Assembly: GCA_900128395.1 (NCBI GenBank)
Contig: LT649273.1
Location: forward strand, 1 to 49,470
Length of the DNA stretch: 49,470 nt
Source of the DNA: Stramenopiles sp. TOSAG23-2
Taxonomy: Eukaryota
Direction: 5' to 3'
Position 1 is the stretch's first letter. Every line of letters starts with the position of its first letter. Position numbers and translations under genes: made by a program. Of the stretch, positions 1 through 11,166 are shown one piece after another. Below the pieces are notes generated by a model. That model was given only the letters and a program-made list of their open reading frames with translations. It was not told the DNA's origin and searched no databases.

Positions 1-25
1 TTAGAATAATGAAAATCGTGTAACA

Positions 26-3000
26 ATGATTCTGAATTATAGATACCTCCACCAATGCATAGCAGATGAAAATAGTTTGACAGCAACTACTTCATATTAC
101 AGCAGTGCTATATCAGTAGGTGACGGTAGTGTTTTATACTCTGAAGGTCCAGGTTCAGTCATAGTTTCAAACAGTTCTTTTCGCAATAACACAGCGGGTG
201 ACGGTTGCATTTATCTTAAACTTGCAACTATTTCATTAAGAGTTGTCAATACTCATTTTATGCATAATAAAGCATATACAAACGGAGGGGCAATTTATAG
301 AACATTGGGTTACAGTAGCACACCTACTTCAACAAAACTTGTTGTTATCAAAAATTGTACATTTACGAATAATGTGGCAGGTTATGGATACAATTATGCC
401 AGTACTAGCTATGTGTATAATAAATATGGTGGTTCATTATACTTAGGTGGTTACACTAGCAATGATGTTATTATTACAAATACTGAGTTTGTTAATAGCG
501 TTGCTGCAAAAGGAGGAGCTATTTATATAACACGAACCCGTAATGTATCTATCTCAAATTGTACATTTAAACAGAATCAAGCGAAATTTGGTGCGGGTGC
601 AATATACTTCGAAGATATGCATGGTGTAATTATTATAGATAATACGACATTCGATGAGAATGTTGCAGAGAAAGACCAAGGTGGTAGTTTATATGCTGAA
701 TTATGGTCCAGCATACCAGATAACGCTAAAAGATACACACACCTCGTCATAAATAATTCAACCTTTATAAATAATTTTGCACAAAAAGAGGGTGGTGGAA
801 TATATATGAAAGGTTACAAATATTCTAACCTGTTTATTGCTGCGCAATTAGAAAACGTAATATTCAAAAATAATTCTGCCACATTAAGTGGTGGTGGCAT
901 TTATAGTGAATATGGTCATTTGATAGGCTCATCGTTATATTTTACCGAGAATAAAGCTGGAACACAAGGTGGTGGCGTACACGTTGAGGATTCTGGAGTA
1001 GAAAGCTCGTTTTTGAAAAAATGTATATTTATTCAGAACCAGGCTCCATGTGGATTTGCTGTTTCAGTAAAGAAGCTCTATTTAAAAGTTTCAAAATGTC
1101 ATTTTGAAAAAAATTTCGATTCAAACAGTGATGTAACTGGTAATGAAAAAAAAGGCGGCGCTATTTATATAACTGATCTCGGAACTATTACTACAAATGG
1201 CAAAGACTTTTTTCAAGATGTTGAAATATTCGAAACTAATTTTTTTCAAAACTATGGTCAATATGGCGGTGGTGTATTTCTAAATAAAGGTCCTCGTAGC
1301 ATAAAAATATATAACAGTAACTTCACAGAAAATATGGCAACAAAACAAGGTGGTGCAATATTTGTACTAAGTTCGGGGGTACTTGAAATTTCTTCAACAT
1401 ATCTAGTCCGAAATAATGCAAGTATAGATGGTGGGGCTATTGCATTGGTAGATTCTAGCAAGTTGGTGCCACATAATCCCACCCAATATAGACACGCAGC
1501 AAATTTTATTTATTACAATAAAGCTGGAAACCGTGGTGGTGGTATATTTGCTGATAGAGATAGTGAATTGATAATGGTGGAAAAAAATGCCATTAAATGC
1601 TACAACAATTCTGCAACTGTTGGTGGAGGTATCTATAATTCAGAATCATTGTTACACGATTTTCATTATTCTAATTTTCCCATACATAATTCCGCTATCA
1701 ATGGATCTGATTTAATAACCTTTTCAGAGGTAAAAATAGTTTGCAAATCTTCTACATATTTTCCGTTAAAGGTCTTCGACAAAGCTGGCATTCCACATGA
1801 TACTTGGAACAATAATAACGCATTAGATAATGTCTTATGTTTAAAATGTAACGATGGTGAATTTTCTGAGGAAGGTTCAATTAATTGTGAAAAGTGTATT
1901 CCAGGAAAAGCTGGTAAAAATGGTTTTTGTGCAAAGTGTCCGATAAATACGTTTCAGCCAACTTACGGGGGAACAGTTTGCGAGAATTGTGGAGAAGGGC
2001 AATATTCTACCTCGGTTGGAGCATTTGTATGTGAACAGGCTCCAAAACCTTGCACACCTAAAACACCTGAAATATACTTGACGGATCCTGGAAGTAAAAA
2101 AGCAATATCATTATACAACATTACAATTTCATGGATTGTTGATAATAATTATACAGCATGTACAAAATCTGATGGATACGAAATTCAAATTTCGACACAC
2201 AGAAAGTTCCCAGAAGAAGATTCATATGAATATATAGTGAATAGCGGCAAAATATTATCCAAATCCATTCGATTAAATAATTTTAAGATATCTGATAAGG
2301 AACACTTTGTACGTGTAAGAGGATTTAACAAGACGACACTTGCAAAAAGTTCATGGTCTTCTGAATCTGAAGATTATAAAAGTGCAGATACATGTGCAAC
2401 TGATCAATACTTGAATATATCTAGCTTAACTCCTGTTAACAATTGGAAATGTGACAGTTGCCTTGATGGTGCTACTTGTGATCGTAAATACAATAATAAT
2501 AATGAACATGCCTTAATTGTTAGAATTGCGGAAGCGGCTAATGATAATAAATTCATTATGAATGGTATAAAAGCAAAATATGGATATTGGCGTTCAAACC
2601 GAAATACTTCTTACACGTTTGTTAAATGCTATTTCGAAGCGGCGTGCCTTGGTGCACCAAATTATGAATTATTGGGTAAATTTGAGGATGAACGTCTTGA
2701 AGATCCTGCTGTTCAAAACCATCCTGAAATGTGTAATGTTCATGCTGGCTATCGGGAAGCCTGCTTGTTTCCAGTAGAAAATGGAAAGGAGGTAAAAGGT
2801 CGTTGTCGTTTATGCATGTCATGCACAAAAGATGCTCGTAGAGGTTATGCATCTCCACGATGTAAACGATGTCCAAAAAATAACATTATATGGGTAACAG
2901 TTGCCATTGCCCTGATGATACTTGTATTCACGGTGTTACTTCGACTTGGATTGTCCATGAGTGGTAGAAAAAAACAATCGAGTCATCAAAGACGGATGAT

Positions 3001-4491
3001 ATTAAGCTATATGCAAATGAACACACTATTGGCAACCATTGGTATAAAATGGCCTCCGGGAATGTTAATGATGTTTGATATTCAAAGTGCTATTAGTACA
3101 GTCGGTGATCACATTGTAAGTATATACATTTCTTTTCTTCTTTTAATTGAAAGCATTGCCTATCTAACATTCCTACGTATATATTATATTTTGTAAAGTT
3201 AAAAATTGATTGTATAGTACCAAATATACGTCCACAGTGGCTTATATTAAACATGCAGCTAGGATATGCAGTTTCGCCATTTATTGCTGCAATTGTTTTA
3301 TATGCATGCATGCCATGTTGTACATACAAGTTACGCGCACAAAAGGTTGGAAGATTACAAACGAGAAAAAATACAACAATTAAAGCCATTGTTCTCCTTC
3401 TTTATATGTCTTATCCATCATTAGCTAGACAAGCGTTTTTGCTTTGGCATTGTGTTGGTTTAAATGGTCGTTGTGTAAACAATGGTATTGTTCATCCCAA
3501 CATAAATGAATATACTTGTAAAACGGAAGCCATGGTTAAACAGGGGTATCAATGGATTTTCGATAGTGACCATGGTTTTGGTGATTATTTGTATATGGCA
3601 ACAGAACTAAAATGTTGGGAAGGCCATCATGCATTGTATTTATATGGAATCGGTGTACCTCACGTACTTTTATACGTATTTGGGTTGCCAATGATTGCAT
3701 TGATTATTCTGTATCGTCATCGCAAAAATGGAACAATGCGAAGTCCTGATACTTTATTTTGTTATGGATTGTTGTACGATGGATACCATGAATCGAAATG
3801 GTGGTGGCAGAGTGTAATTGCTTACATCAAAGCTTTGATTGTATTTGTTTCCTATTGGTGGGCAGAAACACCAGTAATGGCAATGTTGTTTTCCAATCTA
3901 ATTTTCACAACACTACTGTTGGTTGAAACAATAGTAAAGCCATGGGCGGTTAGTTCTAGAACGAAAGAACAGATAAATTCTATGAAAATTGCAAAACGTA
4001 GAAGACAAAGTTTAGCAGCTATGTTTAAAAATACAGCCACAGAAGCCTTGAACGAGAGAAATCTTGCTCAATTCAGTTCTCTTTCAATCTTTTTATGCTC
4101 ATTGACTGGATGGAGTGGACTGTATTTTTATTTATCACCTCAATGTAATGTAAACAGCGGTTTTTTATGGATATGTGCGACAATAACAATTGTAACCATT
4201 GTTTTTCATATTCTATTTATAATATGGGCTTTTCGTAATATTGTTAAAACAAAAATGTCAGAAATAGATAAATCATTTCGTCGAAGAGTAACTCGTGTTA
4301 AAAAACAAAAAAGTCAAAAGGCTGCATTGGAAAATACTATAAATATTACTGATGTAGAAATGATGACAGTATCAAAGCATCGAAATAGTGTTTCAAACAT
4401 CGAACGAGTTGACGATGAAATACATATACATACAAATGAACATGACGAAGAGATTGAACACGTGGTTCCAACATATAAATTTACTTTATAA
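26..4491 (+). CDS. Pmp-like beta-helix repeat / Cys-rich / FN3 / multi-pass membrane protein; join(<26..3115,3199..4491), probably 5'-partial
   Basis: Many GGAI/GGGI and FxxN repeats (Pmp/pectin-lyase-like), CxxCxxGxF Cys-rich repeats and an FN3-like segment (YNITISW...YEIQIS...FVRVRG), then about 7 hydrophobic helices. The two ORFs join in frame across intron 3116-3198 (GDHI|LKIDC). There is no signal peptide at Met26, and the frame is open back to a TTAG acceptor-like site at 1-4. Confidence 0.8.
3116..3198 (+). other. Spliceosomal intron (83 bp, phase 0)
   Basis: GTAAGT donor at 3116, CTAAC branch site at 3164-3168, AAG acceptor ending at 3198. Removal fuses ORFs 26..3196 and 3253..4491 in frame. 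Confidence 0.85.
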
Positions 4492-4960
4492 TGTATGAAA
4501 ACATACATATATAAACATATATATGTAATATATGCTTACATGTGTGCTTACGAATGAACCTGGCGAAGGGGGATTGAACAGTAGAGAGGAGTAAAAAAAA
4601 AAAGTTGTTTGTTTTTTTTTATTTTGTCTCTTTTCCTATATAGTACTATTTAGCTGCTACATTTCCAAATCCGAAAATCATCATCATATATATCCCACAT
4701 AACATACTTGTACATAAAAGTTTATAGAAGACGAAACAGATGTAGAAATGATCATTTTCTCATTTTGTATAAACAAGAAAAAGAAATAAAGAACAATAAA
4801 TTGAAGGAAAGTATCGATTGTAATAAGTAAAATCAGACAAAAAATTGTAGAAAAAAACAAAGTACACGTGTTATAGTATTAATAGAATTTTAATTTATTT
4901 TTTTATTACGTAAATATAAATATAATACAGATATAATAAAACATATATATAATATAAAAC

Positions 4961-6721
4961 ATGATGAAACGTTTTATGAATAATAAATCAACTGTATTTG
5001 TTGCAATAACATTATTGCTTATCTTATCTACGCATAATTTTATACAAGTAGTCAATGCAGATGCTACTGAACAATGTGGTTCCAATAGATTTACATCAAA
5101 AGTATTCAATTGTTCTGCATCGATAAAGAAAAATCCATGTGGCCCAACACGTGCTGGTGAATGCGTTAACGATAGGTGTTGGTGTTCCCCTGGCTTTACA
5201 AATCGAAACCATGAAAATGCATGTGAAGAAGCAGGTGGTATGGGTTCAAAAATTTTATCGTTTTGTGGTTTAACAATGTTGCTATTGGCGGGCAAATTGA
5301 CACGGGTTTATGTAAAACCATTGCATTTCTTGTATTTACCATCATGCGTAATAGGTGGTATTTATGGATTGCTTATCAATCAAATTGCACAAGGTGTAAA
5401 TATTGATTCGTATTATTGGATTGGTGTATATTTTACTAGTGGTTGGGAAAGTTTACCTGGATTTTTAATCAACATTGTATTTGCATCATTATTTCTAGGT
5501 AGTCCTGTCCCAGCTGTGAGAAAGGTTTGGAAACAGTCTGGTCCAAATTTAATGTATGGTATGGCAACTGCATGGGGTCAAATGTTTGTTGGGTTTTTTA
5601 TTACGCTTATTTTCCTCAAACCTGTGTTTCATGTGAACGAATATTTCGCACAAACGTTACCAATTGGCTTTGCTGGTGGGCATGGTACCGCGGCTGCATT
5701 ATCCGATGTATTTCGTGATGTTGGTTTTGAAAATGGTAGTGATATATCATTGGCAACTGCAACTGTTGGTTTATTATCATCTGTCACAGTTGGTATTGTG
5801 CTAGTCAATATAGCATCAAAGAAAGGATGGGTTAAACATAGTAAAATGTTAACTGGTACAAGTATGCTTGCAAAGAAAGGTCTTACAAATCCAGATAAAC
5901 GACCAATTGCTGGTTTACAAACTACAAGTGGTGATTCCATCGATACAATGGCATGGCATTTAGTTATATTGGGTATTGCATGTTTTTGTGGTTGGTGCAT
6001 AAAGGAAATTTTAAAAGTCATATCGAAAAGATTTTGTACTTTTCCATTGTTTCCTTTATGTATGGTAGCAGGATTAATAATGCAATTATGTTTACAGAAA
6101 TTTGATACTAGGTATAAATTAGTTGATAGATCTACTATGGAGCGTATTGCTGGTACCTCATTAGATTTTTTAATTGTTGGTGCAATCGCAATGGTTAATG
6201 CTGGTAAAGTTGCTGAAGACATTTTGCCTTTTTTGATTATATGCATGTGCGGCATTGGGTTTGAAATACTTTGTATGATGTATTTGGCACCCATCATGGT
6301 ACCAACACATTGGTTTGAAAATGGCATTTGTTGTTATGGTCAAGATACTGGAGTTATTGCTGCTGGATTGATGTTGTTACGAATGGTAGATCCAGAAGGG
6401 AAAACTCCAGTACCTGATGCATTTGGATATAAACAACCAATTCATAGTGCATTGATGGGTGGTGGTGTCATAACAGCTATTTGGATACCGGTACAACAAG
6501 CATGTAATAGTTTATTTTTAACAACCATTGTTACGTTAGGTGGCTTTTTAGGGGTAATGGTTTTATGGTTGATATTGATTTATCCAAATTTAGGTAAAAT
6601 GAGAGACGAAATTGAATCTAAAATGAATAAAGATGAAAATGGTGAAGAAATGCGACATAGTTTTGGTTCACAATTATTAGATGAAGAGGATGATGAGAAT
6701 GATAATAGACCACTTTTGTAG
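4961..6721 (+). CDS. Sodium/glutamate symporter (GltS/ESS family) with N-terminal signal peptide and EGF-like domain
   Basis: GFAGGHGTAAA re-entrant loop motif, LPSCVIGG, about 10-12 TM helices and GLMLLRMVDP. Hydrophobic leader followed by C..C..C..CWCSPGF..C. Confidence 0.85.
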   Translation: MMKRFMNNKSTVFVAITLLLILSTHNFIQVVNADATEQCGSNRFTSKVFNCSASIKKNPCGPTRAGECVNDRCWCSPGFTNRNHENACEEAGGMGSKILSFCGLTMLLLAGKLTRVYVKPLHFLYLPSCVIGGIYGLLINQIAQGVNIDSYYWIGVYFTSGWESLPGFLINIVFASLFLGSPVPAVRKVWKQSGPNLMYGMATAWGQMFVGFFITLIFLKPVFHVNEYFAQTLPIGFAGGHGTAAALSDVFRDVGFENGSDISLATATVGLLSSVTVGIVLVNIASKKGWVKHSKMLTGTSMLAKKGLTNPDKRPIAGLQTTSGDSIDTMAWHLVILGIACFCGWCIKEILKVISKRFCTFPLFPLCMVAGLIMQLCLQKFDTRYKLVDRSTMERIAGTSLDFLIVGAIAMVNAGKVAEDILPFLIICMCGIGFEILCMMYLAPIMVPTHWFENGICCYGQDTGVIAAGLMLLRMVDPEGKTPVPDAFGYKQPIHSALMGGGVITAIWIPVQQACNSLFLTTIVTLGGFLGVMVLWLILIYPNLGKMRDEIESKMNKDENGEEMRHSFGSQLLDEEDDENDNRPLL

Positions 6722-6920
6722 AGAGAAAGAGAGAGATAAAAAGAGAGACGCAGCATGGACAGGATGGGAGAGGATGGGAGTAAAAGAGACATTCGCAAAA
6801 AAGATATTTTATTATATAATACTTTTCGTACCTTTTTTAAATTTAAATTGTTTTTACCGCTTGTCGAATACGAGTATTTTATTTATACGAAGCGTATATT
6901 TGACTCTTAAAGATGCATTT

Positions 6921-7982
6921 TTATTTATCTCCTTTCTTCTTCTTGTTCTTCTTATTATTATTATTGTTGTTGTTGTTATTACTACTATCTTCTTGCTTTG
7001 CTAACATTCTTTGTATTGCTTGTTCTCTTGTAATGAAACGACTATTACTATATGCATCTCCAAGTCTATGTCCACGACTACGAGTCCAATCCATTGCTTC
7101 GGCTTCTTTTTTGATTAATGAATTCAAAGCTTTGAATTCATTATTGTGTTCCGAAATTTCATTATGTGCTAGCTCGTGATATAATACATTTAGAACACTT
7201 TGCATTTTTCTAAATCCTTTTAAATCATCTGTACGTATCCGGAGTAAAATTTCTTCTCCATTGTTTTTATTCAAACCCATTATACATTCTTCAGATTCTC
7301 CAACTTTACCATCTGGATATAATTCTTTTAACACTGGCACTTTCCAACGATGTTTTTCCATTACTTTTAATATTCCTGGATTATTTGCAACTGTATTTAA
7401 CATTTCCTCAGCAACATCTCTATCATCAAACCCTGGTAATGGCTCAATATGTTGAAATCCATAATCTCTAGGCCTTTGCCTTCTTCCATATTTTTTATTC
7501 TTGTTGCTTTTATTGCTAATTTCTACACCATTCGTACCGAATAATTTTCCTGATTTATAATCATATCCTGTCAAATCATTTCTCATCAATTTATCATCCT
7601 TTTTCAAATGTTCGTTCATATTTTCAATCGCTTTCGTTGGGTTTCCAACAAGGTTAATATTACATATCATTGAATTATTTTGTTTTTTATTTTTTTTAAA
7701 TTTAATAAAATTTTGTTTCTTATCTACATTTATATCATATAAAAATTGATCAGCACTCAGCACGTTTTGCAATTGCTTTCCTTTTAATAATAATTTTTGA
7801 TTTACAATCTCAATACCAGTTTTTTCTTCAAGATTTGTTTGTAACTGTTTTAGTGTGGTTAAATTTGGAATTATTTGTATGTTCATTTTATTCGTTTTCA
7901 ATTTAATTTGAATAATATATGATAATTGTGTATTATTATTGTCGTCAGGATTTATATTATTATTTACTAATAAAGATGCCAT
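6921..7982 (-). CDS. Ubiquitin-like domain + WLM (Wss1-like) zinc metallopeptidase
   Basis: UBL-like segment (TLKQLQTNLEEKTGIEIVNQKLLLKGK). WLM motifs MEKHRWKVPVLKE, GLNKNNGEEILLRIRTDD and HELAHNEISEH. First true ATG is at 7982. Confidence 0.9.
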   Translation of the reverse strand: MASLLVNNNINPDDNNNTQLSYIIQIKLKTNKMNIQIIPNLTTLKQLQTNLEEKTGIEIVNQKLLLKGKQLQNVLSADQFLYDINVDKKQNFIKFKKNKKQNNSMICNINLVGNPTKAIENMNEHLKKDDKLMRNDLTGYDYKSGKLFGTNGVEISNKSNKNKKYGRRQRPRDYGFQHIEPLPGFDDRDVAEEMLNTVANNPGILKVMEKHRWKVPVLKELYPDGKVGESEECIMGLNKNNGEEILLRIRTDDLKGFRKMQSVLNVLYHELAHNEISEHNNEFKALNSLIKKEAEAMDWTRSRGHRLGDAYSNSRFITREQAIQRMLAKQEDSSNNNNNNNNNKKNKKKKGDK

Positions 7983-8850
7983 TGTTTTCACACACAGAGT
8001 GAGAGAGAGAGAAAAAGAGACGGATACGGGAAAATATAAAATATAATATTATTATATGTTGATCTATCTCACCACGGTTTGGTATGTACGTGCTGAAACG
8101 TTTTGATCCTTTGTACAACAACTTTACAACTTGTATTATTTGTGATGCATGCGTGCGTAGTTTTCCTTTCACTTCTAGAAGAATGAGGGTTTACCTAATT
8201 TTGTACTCTAACCAGTATAAATGTATTTATTTTGTACAAATCATGTTGACAAAATCTCCTCGCGTAAATCCATCACAGGCAAATGTTCTAGGATCATCAA
8301 ACTTGTATTGCGGGTATTTTAGTGTTGTGCTGTTCTTCAAAAATATATAGTTTTTTTACAACAATATTTATACGATTCTATTCCCATGTTAAAGTCTTCT
8401 ATATTTATATTTATGGTTTAGTTATAATCGAGTTTACTGGTTTTTTACTAATACTAATATTTGTTCTTCATCAATTCTTTCGAGAGTTGTGAGGAGTGTA
8501 AAAAGTGTAAAAATGTAATAAAATGATGCGAATTTTTTTTGATAGGAGCCAAAAGGTGATTATTTGTTTTATGAAATCTTCTTCTGCAACGCTTTTGTGC
8601 GCTTCTCTCTGCTTCTTGCTCTTCTCTTTAGTGGCGCCCTTATTTTTTTAAGATACGCCGGATCGAATAAATAGAATATATATAAATATCAAAAGATACA
8701 AGTGGAAAAAAGGCCTACTACGCCACAACAATATTACTGGAAGAGGAAAGGGTGTGTGTTTAAAAATAACATAATAGTAATTCTACAAAAAAAAAAGATA
8801 CAAGTGGAAAAATAGAAACCATTGACGTAAAGCTACAAGTTTACTCTAAG

Positions 8851-11166
8851 ATGCAAGATACGACTGGAATAATCGGTGGTGGAGTAGCCGGATTGGCATT
8901 AGCATATGGATTGTCGCAGCATGGCATGAAAAGTGTCGTGTTTGATACGGGGAAACATACAGTAGGTGGACGTTGTTCATCTAAATTGGTTAAAAAAAAG
9001 AATGGTGAAAAGATAATTGTTGACCACGCATGTCAATTATTTACTGTATCAAATAATGAAAATATGCAAAAAATGATTAAAGAAATGGAGCGAGATGGCG
9101 CGGTTACGAAAATGAACAATATTGTACAGTGTAACATGCAAAATTATGATTTCAAACATGTTGATAATTCGAGATTATATGGTGGAAACGCACAACTTGG
9201 TATTAATTCTATTGTTCAATGGTTGGTAGAAAAATGTAAAAATAATATTTTAATCCATCAAGATGTTTGGATATCTAAATTAATACGAAATATTAGTAGT
9301 GAAAAAACGAAAACGACGTCATCGTGGACTCTTGGTGGTAAAAAAAAGAAAGATAATTTTGGTCCATATAATTATTGCGTAATAGCTCATAATGGGAAAT
9401 GTGCTGATCGTTTAATACGTACAAGTAATGTTAAAACACTCGCACATCCAATTTTAAAGTGTAAATTCGTTTCATCAGGAACAATAAATAAAAAGGTCAA
9501 ATATTTAGAATTGAAGTCATTATTTGTAGTAATAGTTGAAATTGATTATGATTTGAACGATTTGTTTACCGGGTGTTTTGTTAATAATAGCAATGTATTA
9601 TCATTCATTATGAATAATACACGAAAATATAATAGGAAAGGGACGAATGAACAAGTTTGGACATTAATATCGACAGCAGAATTTGCTTCGAAACATAAGT
9701 GTCCCCAAGAAAATATACCAATTAACGTATCTAAAAAAGTAGCAAAAGAGATGTCTAATGAATTTTTTAAAATTTTGGATAAGCATGGTAATGTTAAACA
9801 GAAAAATCGTAATAAGTTTAATAATAGTAAAAGTAATGCAAATCAAACGAGGGAAACAAGAACAAGTATTACGCAAATGTTAAACGAAAACCATCATATT
9901 ATACACATTCAATTATGGGGTGCAGCATTACCATGCAACACAATGACTCAAGGTAATTTTTTAAATGATGTCGAACATCAAATTGGAATTGTCGGCGATT
10001 GGTTTTTAAAGCCATCAATTGAAGGTAGTATTTTAAGTGGAATGGCACTAGCAGATGCATTGAAAAGAGATCGATGTATTGCAACTCAGCAACAAGAATT
10101 AAAGCTACTTTTAAAAGATACATCACTTCTATCAAGTGCAAGAAAAGGAGATACAACCTTTTCAAAATATTCCTCCTGTGAAATTGGTTCGTTTGACAAC
10201 ATTGCAAATGCAAATAATAAACAGAAAAAGAACAAAAAAAAAAGCAATAAAAAAGATAATAATATCAACAATAACAATAATATTCAGAACCCAAGCAAAA
10301 CGAATGACGACGATGACGACAGCAGCAACAACAACAACAATAATAATTCTGATGTAACGAAACCTAAGAGTAAACATGACAAAAATAAAAATAACATATC
10401 GAAGAAAAAAGGTGATAGTAATGGTAAAAAGATGAAAAATGTTCGTCCAAATTATTTTTTGTCAGTACGAATCAAAAATGAAATATTGAAACAAAGAGCA
10501 CAGCATGTGATTGATTTAGCTGTTACGCTAGATGGTGATGATGTGAAAAAGTGTATTGTGCCAACTAGAGATTTACATTTAACTCTCTTTGTTTTTCACT
10601 TAAAAGGTCGAGAACAGATTGAAAAGGCAAGTGAAGTATTAGCTTCGACACATGATAAAATAAATCAAATAATTGGTCCAGATGGTTTATCTATATCATT
10701 TGCAAATGTTAGTAGTTTTAGAAAGGATGTTATTTATATTGATGTAGTTCAAGATAAAGCATATGAGAAATTAGTAGAAATGTCTAATTATTTGCATAAG
10801 GAATTTTATAAGAAAGGAATTATTTGCGATAGAAATACGGGTGAAATTTTATCTGATGATTCTAATATCCCTACTTTGAAATTAAAACCTCATGCAACGT
10901 TGTTAAAAACCTCCAAGGCTAAGTTTAAAAAGAAAGAAAAACGACGAAGAATATATTTAACAGTCCCTGAAATTGTTAAGGAAAGATATTTTGGTGTTGC
11001 TAATTTTGATCGAGTCGAATTGAGTGCAATGATGAAGAAAGATAGTGAAGGTTACTATGCTTGTAGAGGGTTTGTTAAGATTGATAACACCAAAAAAGAA
11101 GATGAAGATGAGATTGAAAAATTATTAAGTTCTATGGAAGGTATGATGAAAAAATTAAATTTTTAA
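8851..11166 (+). CDS. Renalase-like FAD oxidoreductase fused to an AKAP7-like 2H phosphoesterase domain
   Basis: IIGGGVAG Rossmann motif, VGGRCSS, VDHACQLFT and GIVGDWF..IEGSILSG. After an N/K-rich linker: RPNYFLSVRI, LHLTL and PHATL (two HxT motifs). Confidence 0.85.
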   Translation: MQDTTGIIGGGVAGLALAYGLSQHGMKSVVFDTGKHTVGGRCSSKLVKKKNGEKIIVDHACQLFTVSNNENMQKMIKEMERDGAVTKMNNIVQCNMQNYDFKHVDNSRLYGGNAQLGINSIVQWLVEKCKNNILIHQDVWISKLIRNISSEKTKTTSSWTLGGKKKKDNFGPYNYCVIAHNGKCADRLIRTSNVKTLAHPILKCKFVSSGTINKKVKYLELKSLFVVIVEIDYDLNDLFTGCFVNNSNVLSFIMNNTRKYNRKGTNEQVWTLISTAEFASKHKCPQENIPINVSKKVAKEMSNEFFKILDKHGNVKQKNRNKFNNSKSNANQTRETRTSITQMLNENHHIIHIQLWGAALPCNTMTQGNFLNDVEHQIGIVGDWFLKPSIEGSILSGMALADALKRDRCIATQQQELKLLLKDTSLLSSARKGDTTFSKYSSCEIGSFDNIANANNKQKKNKKKSNKKDNNINNNNNIQNPSKTNDDDDDSSNNNNNNNSDVTKPKSKHDKNKNNISKKKGDSNGKKMKNVRPNYFLSVRIKNEILKQRAQHVIDLAVTLDGDDVKKCIVPTRDLHLTLFVFHLKGREQIEKASEVLASTHDKINQIIGPDGLSISFANVSSFRKDVIYIDVVQDKAYEKLVEMSNYLHKEFYKKGIICDRNTGEILSDDSNIPTLKLKPHATLLKTSKAKFKKKEKRRRIYLTVPEIVKERYFGVANFDRVELSAMMKKDSEGYYACRGFVKIDNTKKEDEDEIEKLLSSMEGMMKKLNF

